The notes under the pieces: model-generated
Database searches by the model: none
The model's input: the letters and a program-made list of their open reading frames with translations, nothing else
Told to the model about the DNA's origin: nothing
Position numbers and translations under genes: made by a program
NCBI GenBank assembly: GCA_007135605.1
Contig: SLIN01000105.1
Location: forward strand, 1-55,587
Length of the DNA: 55,587 nt
Direction of reading: 5' to 3'
From: Spirochaetales bacterium
GTDB lineage: Bacteria; Spirochaetota; Spirochaetia; DSM-27196; SKKC01
Part shown: positions 51,821 through 55,587 of the stretch, one piece after another
Numbering within the stretch: position 1 is the stretch's first letter
How the letters are laid out: the number at the start of each line of letters is the position of its first letter

Positions 51821-52111
51821 ATGGCGCAACGTGGAGAGATTTTCTCACAGCGAGTAAACCGGGAGAACCGGACCTACTTCTTTAACATCAAAGAGAATCG
51901 CCGCGGCGATCTGTTTCTGGCGGTCGTCGAAAGCAGAAAGCTCGCCAGCGGGGAATTCGAGCGACATCAGGTCATGGTATACGAGGAAGACCTCGTACCG
52001 TTTTCCGAAGGGCTGAAAGAGGCGCTCGACGTCATGCGGAAGGAACGCTATCAGCGTGCAACACACCACGAAAAGTCCGCCGATGAATCGGACACGCGCC
52101 GTGATCGCTGA
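51821..52111 (+). CDS. Bacterial Pur-alpha-like ssDNA/RNA-binding protein (DUF3276)
   Basis: I moved the start to ATG 51821, which has an AGGAG SD at 51808-51812. EIFSQRVNRENRTYFFNIKENRRGDLFLAVVESRK...ERHQVMVYEEDLVPFSEGLKEAL matches the single PUR repeat as I remember it from Borrelia Pur-alpha. Confidence 0.8.
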   Translation: MAQRGEIFSQRVNRENRTYFFNIKENRRGDLFLAVVESRKLASGEFERHQVMVYEEDLVPFSEGLKEALDVMRKERYQRATHHEKSADESDTRRDR

Positions 52112-52826
52112 GGGCTCGGCGGTGTCCGGCGGTCGGGTAGCCTTTGTGTGACGCGAATCCGTAGCGGTCGTCCCATTCGCCGTACCGTTGCATCCACCGA
52201 TCGCGCCACACTTTTGCCACGATACTCGCAGCCATTACCTCCGGCACTTCGCGATCGCCTCCCACCCGCGCCCGAACGGCGATCCGCCGGCATTCGCCCG
52301 CCGGCGCCTCTCCGCTCACCGCATCGTCGAGGTCGGGACAGAAGCGGCCGTCGACGACGACCTCCAGCGGTTGTACGAGCGTCGTCTTCTCGCAGAGCGT
52401 GGTAAACGCACGCGTCATCGCCTCTAACGCCGCATGATGAATGTTCAGCGTATCGATCTCCTCCGGCCAGACCCAGCCGAGCGCCCAGCAGGCGTCACCG
52501 GCGACAACCGTTTTCGCGATCGCCTCACGCTGAGATGCCGAGAGCGCCTTACTATCGGCCAGGATGTCCCGCTGGAAACGCGGGCCGAGCATGACGGCTG
52601 CGGCGGTAACCGGACCGGCGAGCGGTCCTCGTCCCGCCTCATCGATTCCACAACGTGCCACGGTGAACGTAGTGTACGGTTCGCCGGACGGGGCGTGCAA
52701 GCTTCCGAGGCGGCGGCGTACGCGCTCGAGCCTCAGGCCGGCGGCCGTGTGGTCGGTCTTCTCCCAATACGCGATCAGTACGCAATGTTGACCGGGACGA
52801 AAGCACCTTGGTAAGGTTTGCCGCAA
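52032..52826 (-). CDS. rnhB: Ribonuclease HII
   Basis: This is the C-terminal part of the 653-aa track ORF. Motifs are GIDEAGRGPLAGPV, ADSKALS, ASIVAKV, SHKGYPT and HRRTFRGV. The start is uncertain: TTG 52826 leaves a 69-nt gap to smc, while ATG 52883 or 52895 would abut smc. Everything above ~52900 is antisense to smc. Confidence 0.85.
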   Translation of the reverse strand: MRQTLPRCFRPGQHCVLIAYWEKTDHTAAGLRLERVRRRLGSLHAPSGEPYTTFTVARCGIDEAGRGPLAGPVTAAAVMLGPRFQRDILADSKALSASQREAIAKTVVAGDACWALGWVWPEEIDTLNIHHAALEAMTRAFTTLCEKTTLVQPLEVVVDGRFCPDLDDAVSGEAPAGECRRIAVRARVGGDREVPEVMAASIVAKVWRDRWMQRYGEWDDRYGFASHKGYPTAGHRRALSDHGACPIHRRTFRGVLHADSVPSA

Positions 52827-52895
52827 TCGGTGCCGCCGCGGCGGGGTCTCCCGAGTTCGCCGCCGATGCCGGTGACCGGCCATACAGGAGAACAT

Positions 52896-55587
52896 GTGTT
52901 TCTGAAATCGATCGAACTGTTCGGATTCAAGAGCTTCGCCGATCGCTGCAAGCTCGAATTTACCGACGGGGTGAGCGCGCTGCTCGGTCCGAACGGGTGC
53001 GGCAAGAGTAATGTTGTCGATGCGATCAAATGGGTGCTCGGTGAGCAAGCGAGCAGGAGCATGCGCGCCGATCGGATGGAAGATGTCATTTTTAACGGTA
53101 CAGAGAATCGGAAGGCGCTGAACGTTGCCGAAGTAACGCTCACCCTTGCCAATGACGAAGGCATCCTGCCGATCGATCAGAGTGAGATCGCCGTTCGGCG
53201 CCGCCTCTATCGCAGCGGCGAAAGCGAATACTCGATCAACAATACCCCCGTGAAGTTGCGCGAATTGCGCGAGCTCTTCTACGACACCGGAATCGGGAAA
53301 ACCTCCTACTCGATCATGGAGCAGGGCAAGATCGATCAGGTTCTTTCCAACAAGCCGGAGGAACGACGCACCATCTTCGAGGAAGCGGCGACGATCACCC
53401 GCTACCGGTTTAAGGGACAGGAGGCCGAACGCAAACTCCAACGCACCGAAGAAAACGTACAGCAGGTCGAAAACATCCTGAACGAGGTCTCGAAAAACTA
53501 TACCAATCTCGAGAAGCAGGCAAAGAAGACCGTGCATTACCGGGAGCTGAAGGATCGCATTTTCGGACTCGAGCTCGACCGCGAGCTGCTGAAGCTCAAA
53601 CGGCTTCTTGACGACCGCGATTCCCGCGAGAGACGACTCAAGCAGGCGACCGAGCGCCGCGACGCCATACGCGAAAAGATCGACAGCGCCAACGAGAATG
53701 TCGAGACGAGTCTCGACGAGGTCAACGAGATGGAGAGTACGCTCGTCGAGAAGCAAAAGCGGCTGTACGGCATGGAGATCGAGCGCGGAAACTTCGAAGG
53801 GCGTATCAACATGATCGAGGAACGCCGGCAGGAGCTCCGCGAGAAGATCGAAGCCGATTCCGCACGCGAGAAGAACATCGAGGCGAAAATCGAAGCCGGC
53901 GAGCGCGATCTCACCGAACGCGGGAAGCAGCTCGAAGAGCTTGCCGAGCGAATGGAGGATGTCAAGCGCAATATTGCCGACTTCGAACAGCACATAGAGC
54001 AGGCGAACGATACGATCCGGGAAAACAGTGAGGCGGCCGAACGCAGCCGCAGCCGGATTCGGGAACTGGAGGCGGAGTCGGAGGCGCTGTCGGAGGAGCT
54101 CCGCGGGCTTACCGATACGATCGTTACCGAGCTCGATACGCGGTTAAAGGAGTCGGGCTACCGCGGGGCCGACCGGCAAGCGCGTTCGGATGAGCTGGAC
54201 CGGATGTATGCGAGCCTCACGCGCACGGTGAGCTCGCGACGAAGCCAGCTTCGTGACCGGATCATGACCGCCTCCGACGACGACGCGGCTGCCCTCCGAA
54301 CGGCCGCCGAGGCGGGCGGGGAGGCGCTCGAGGCGATCGAAGCGGTCTCGCAACAACTGGGCGAGGCGATCGAGGCGTTCCGCAATTCCATTCCCGAGTT
54401 TCTCGACGAGTTTCTCGCTCCGGAGGGAACACTCACCCGCAAGCGCACGATCGACGAGCGAAGCGATGCGATCCGCTCGGAAATCCGCTCATTGCGCGAG
54501 GAGATCGACTCGCGCGAGAAGGCGAGCCGTCAGTTGACCGAGCGGATCAACGAGTACCGCGGGACACTCGAGCAGATGCGGATGAACGAGGTACAGCTTC
54601 GCACGCGCTCGCAAGCACAGCGGGAGGCGCACGAGCGGGCGAAGTCCGATCTCACCGAGCTGCAGAACACGCTCGAGGAGAATCGGCGCAGCGTCGCCGA
54701 ATCCCGGCGGCGTCTCGATGAGTTCGGCACGCAGCTGACCGACCTCGAGAAACAACGTGACGAGCTCTCCGGCCGCGAGGAAACGCTGAAAAAGGAGCTC
54801 CAGCAACTCGAGGAGACGATCTCCCGCCGCAACAAGGAGCTCGCTGAACGGGAGCGGGCGGTGAAGGGGATGATGAACGACCTCGCGAAGGCGCAGGCCG
54901 ATCTTGAGAAGATCCAGGTGCAGCACGCCGAGACGAACACCGAAATCCGTTCTATCTACGATAACTTCCGCGACCGCCACAGCCGCGAGCTCTCCGAGTA
55001 CGAGTCGCGGATGTTCGAGATCGACGAGGACGCGAAAACGATTCGCGAGGAACTCGCTCGCCTGCGCGAAGAGCAGCGCTCGCTCGGCAGTGTGAATCTC
55101 ATGGCCCCCGAAGAGTTCGCCGAGGTCAAAGAGCGCTACGATTTCCTCAACAGCCAGCTCTCCGATTTGAGGCGGGCGCGCGAAGACCTGTTACGGGTGA
55201 CAGAGGAGATTCGAAACGAAAGCACCGAGCTCTTCCTGCGCACCTACGAGAAGATCAAGAAAAATTTCCACACGATGTTTCGACGGCTGTTCGGAGGCGG
55301 GCGTGCGGAGCTGCGGCTCATCGATCCTGATAACCCGCTCGAAAGCGGCATCGATATCCTCGCTCAGCCGCCGGGCAAGAAGCTCGAGAATATCGCGCTG
55401 CTCTCCGGTGGCGAGCGGGCGCTCACCGCGGTCGCGCTTCTCTTTGCGACCTACATGGTCAAGCCATCGCCGTTCTGTCTGCTCGACGAGATCGATGCGG
55501 CGCTCGACGACAGTAATGTCGGACGGTTCATCGGCATGCTGAACGAGTTCGGCAAGTCGTCGCAGTTCATCATCATCACCCATAACA
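52896..55587 (+). CDS. smc: Chromosome partition protein SMC (3' end beyond the right window edge)
   Basis: The gene is open at the edge, so it is not in the track. GTG 52896 has an AGGAG SD at 52886-52890 and reads (M)FLKSIELFGFKSFADRCKLEFTDGVSALLGPNGCGKSNVVDAIKWVLGEQ. A long coiled coil follows. The window ends in LSGGERALTAVALLFA...LLDEIDAALDD...FIIITHN (signature motif and Walker B). Confidence 0.9.
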   Translation, partial: MFLKSIELFGFKSFADRCKLEFTDGVSALLGPNGCGKSNVVDAIKWVLGEQASRSMRADRMEDVIFNGTENRKALNVAEVTLTLANDEGILPIDQSEIAVRRRLYRSGESEYSINNTPVKLRELRELFYDTGIGKTSYSIMEQGKIDQVLSNKPEERRTIFEEAATITRYRFKGQEAERKLQRTEENVQQVENILNEVSKNYTNLEKQAKKTVHYRELKDRIFGLELDRELLKLKRLLDDRDSRERRLKQATERRDAIREKIDSANENVETSLDEVNEMESTLVEKQKRLYGMEIERGNFEGRINMIEERRQELREKIEADSAREKNIEAKIEAGERDLTERGKQLEELAERMEDVKRNIADFEQHIEQANDTIRENSEAAERSRSRIRELEAESEALSEELRGLTDTIVTELDTRLKESGYRGADRQARSDELDRMYASLTRTVSSRRSQLRDRIMTASDDDAAALRTAAEAGGEALEAIEAVSQQLGEAIEAFRNSIPEFLDEFLAPEGTLTRKRTIDERSDAIRSEIRSLREEIDSREKASRQLTERINEYRGTLEQMRMNEVQLRTRSQAQREAHERAKSDLTELQNTLEENRRSVAESRRRLDEFGTQLTDLEKQRDELSGREETLKKELQQLEETISRRNKELAERERAVKGMMNDLAKAQADLEKIQVQHAETNTEIRSIYDNFRDRHSRELSEYESRMFEIDEDAKTIREELARLREEQRSLGSVNLMAPEEFAEVKERYDFLNSQLSDLRRAREDLLRVTEEIRNESTELFLRTYEKIKKNFHTMFRRLFGGGRAELRLIDPDNPLESGIDILAQPPGKKLENIALLSGGERALTAVALLFATYMVKPSPFCLLDEIDAALDDSNVGRFIGMLNEFGKSSQFIIITHN

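Noticed and set aside
52897-53993. Upper part of the 653-aa minus-strand ORF.
   Set aside because: It is antisense to the smc N-terminal region, whose Walker A motif and coiled coil are unmistakable. Only the rnhB part (up to about 52826-52895) is real.
1-55587. Search for CRISPR arrays, rRNA, IS elements, prophage or toxin-antitoxin modules.
   Set aside because: I saw no regularly spaced short repeats, no rRNA-like stretches and no transposase, integrase or phage-like ORFs on either strand. The only dispersed repeat is the 135-bp element reported above.

Overview
This is a 55.6-kb GC-rich chromosomal segment that is clearly spirochaetal. It carries the periplasmic-flagellum sheath gene flaA, the spirochaete-style chemotaxis operon (cheA, a cheW-cheR-like fusion, cheX, cheY), a bacterial Pur-alpha (DUF3276) gene, phosphatidylcholine synthase and a 'spiro-SPASM'-type radical SAM gene. 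I support 45 CDS. Two are cut by the window edges and so are missing from the ORF track: an OMP gene at 1-320 (-) and smc at 52896-55587 (+). I also call tRNA-Val(GAC), tRNA-Gly(UCC), two terminator-like hairpins, a sigma70-like flaA promoter and a near-consensus sigma28-like promoter. Housekeeping content is xseAB, a UvrD/PcrA-type helicase, an m5C RNA methyltransferase, a HAD phosphatase, phosphoglucomutase, a DnaQ-type exonuclease, SanA, a class IV aminotransferase, rnhB and smc. I recognised no rRNA, CRISPR array, transposase, integrase, phage or toxin-antitoxin genes. Seven things deserve a second look. (i) A seven-gene, translationally coupled operon (14943-23242) sits directly upstream of flaA, and its product is unknown. 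It joins a radical-SAM/SPASM fusion, a GT-A-like protein, an SpsF-like cytidylyltransferase, a PseG/SpsG-like-methyltransferase fusion, a long ATP-grasp protein, an Amidase_3 amidase and a GerMN protein. (ii) A family of sigma28-type promoter-like motifs (NNAA-N14-15-G(C/T)CGATA(A/C)-N0-5-TAG) precedes five envelope operons. Three of them abut SD-less start codons, so the mRNAs may be leaderless. (iii) A 135-bp imperfect-palindrome repeat is present twice (50335-50469, 51514-51648), with one copy between tRNA-Gly and its terminator. (iv) A four-fold GTTGACA array lies upstream of tRNA-Gly. (v) A coupled operon encodes two secreted beta-lactamase-fold proteins (one with its catalytic residues replaced), a protein with kinase-like catalytic-loop motifs and a PH-domain/CbbX-type AAA+ ATPase. 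(vi) A 1501-aa Asp-box propeller/HAMP/PP2C sensor phosphatase is coupled to a 996-aa TPR protein. (vii) Extracytoplasmic proteins and domains are almost lysine-free while cytoplasmic ones are not, which suggests an alkaliphilic or halo-alkaliphilic lifestyle. All functional calls rest on motif recognition by eye, because no database search or computation was possible.
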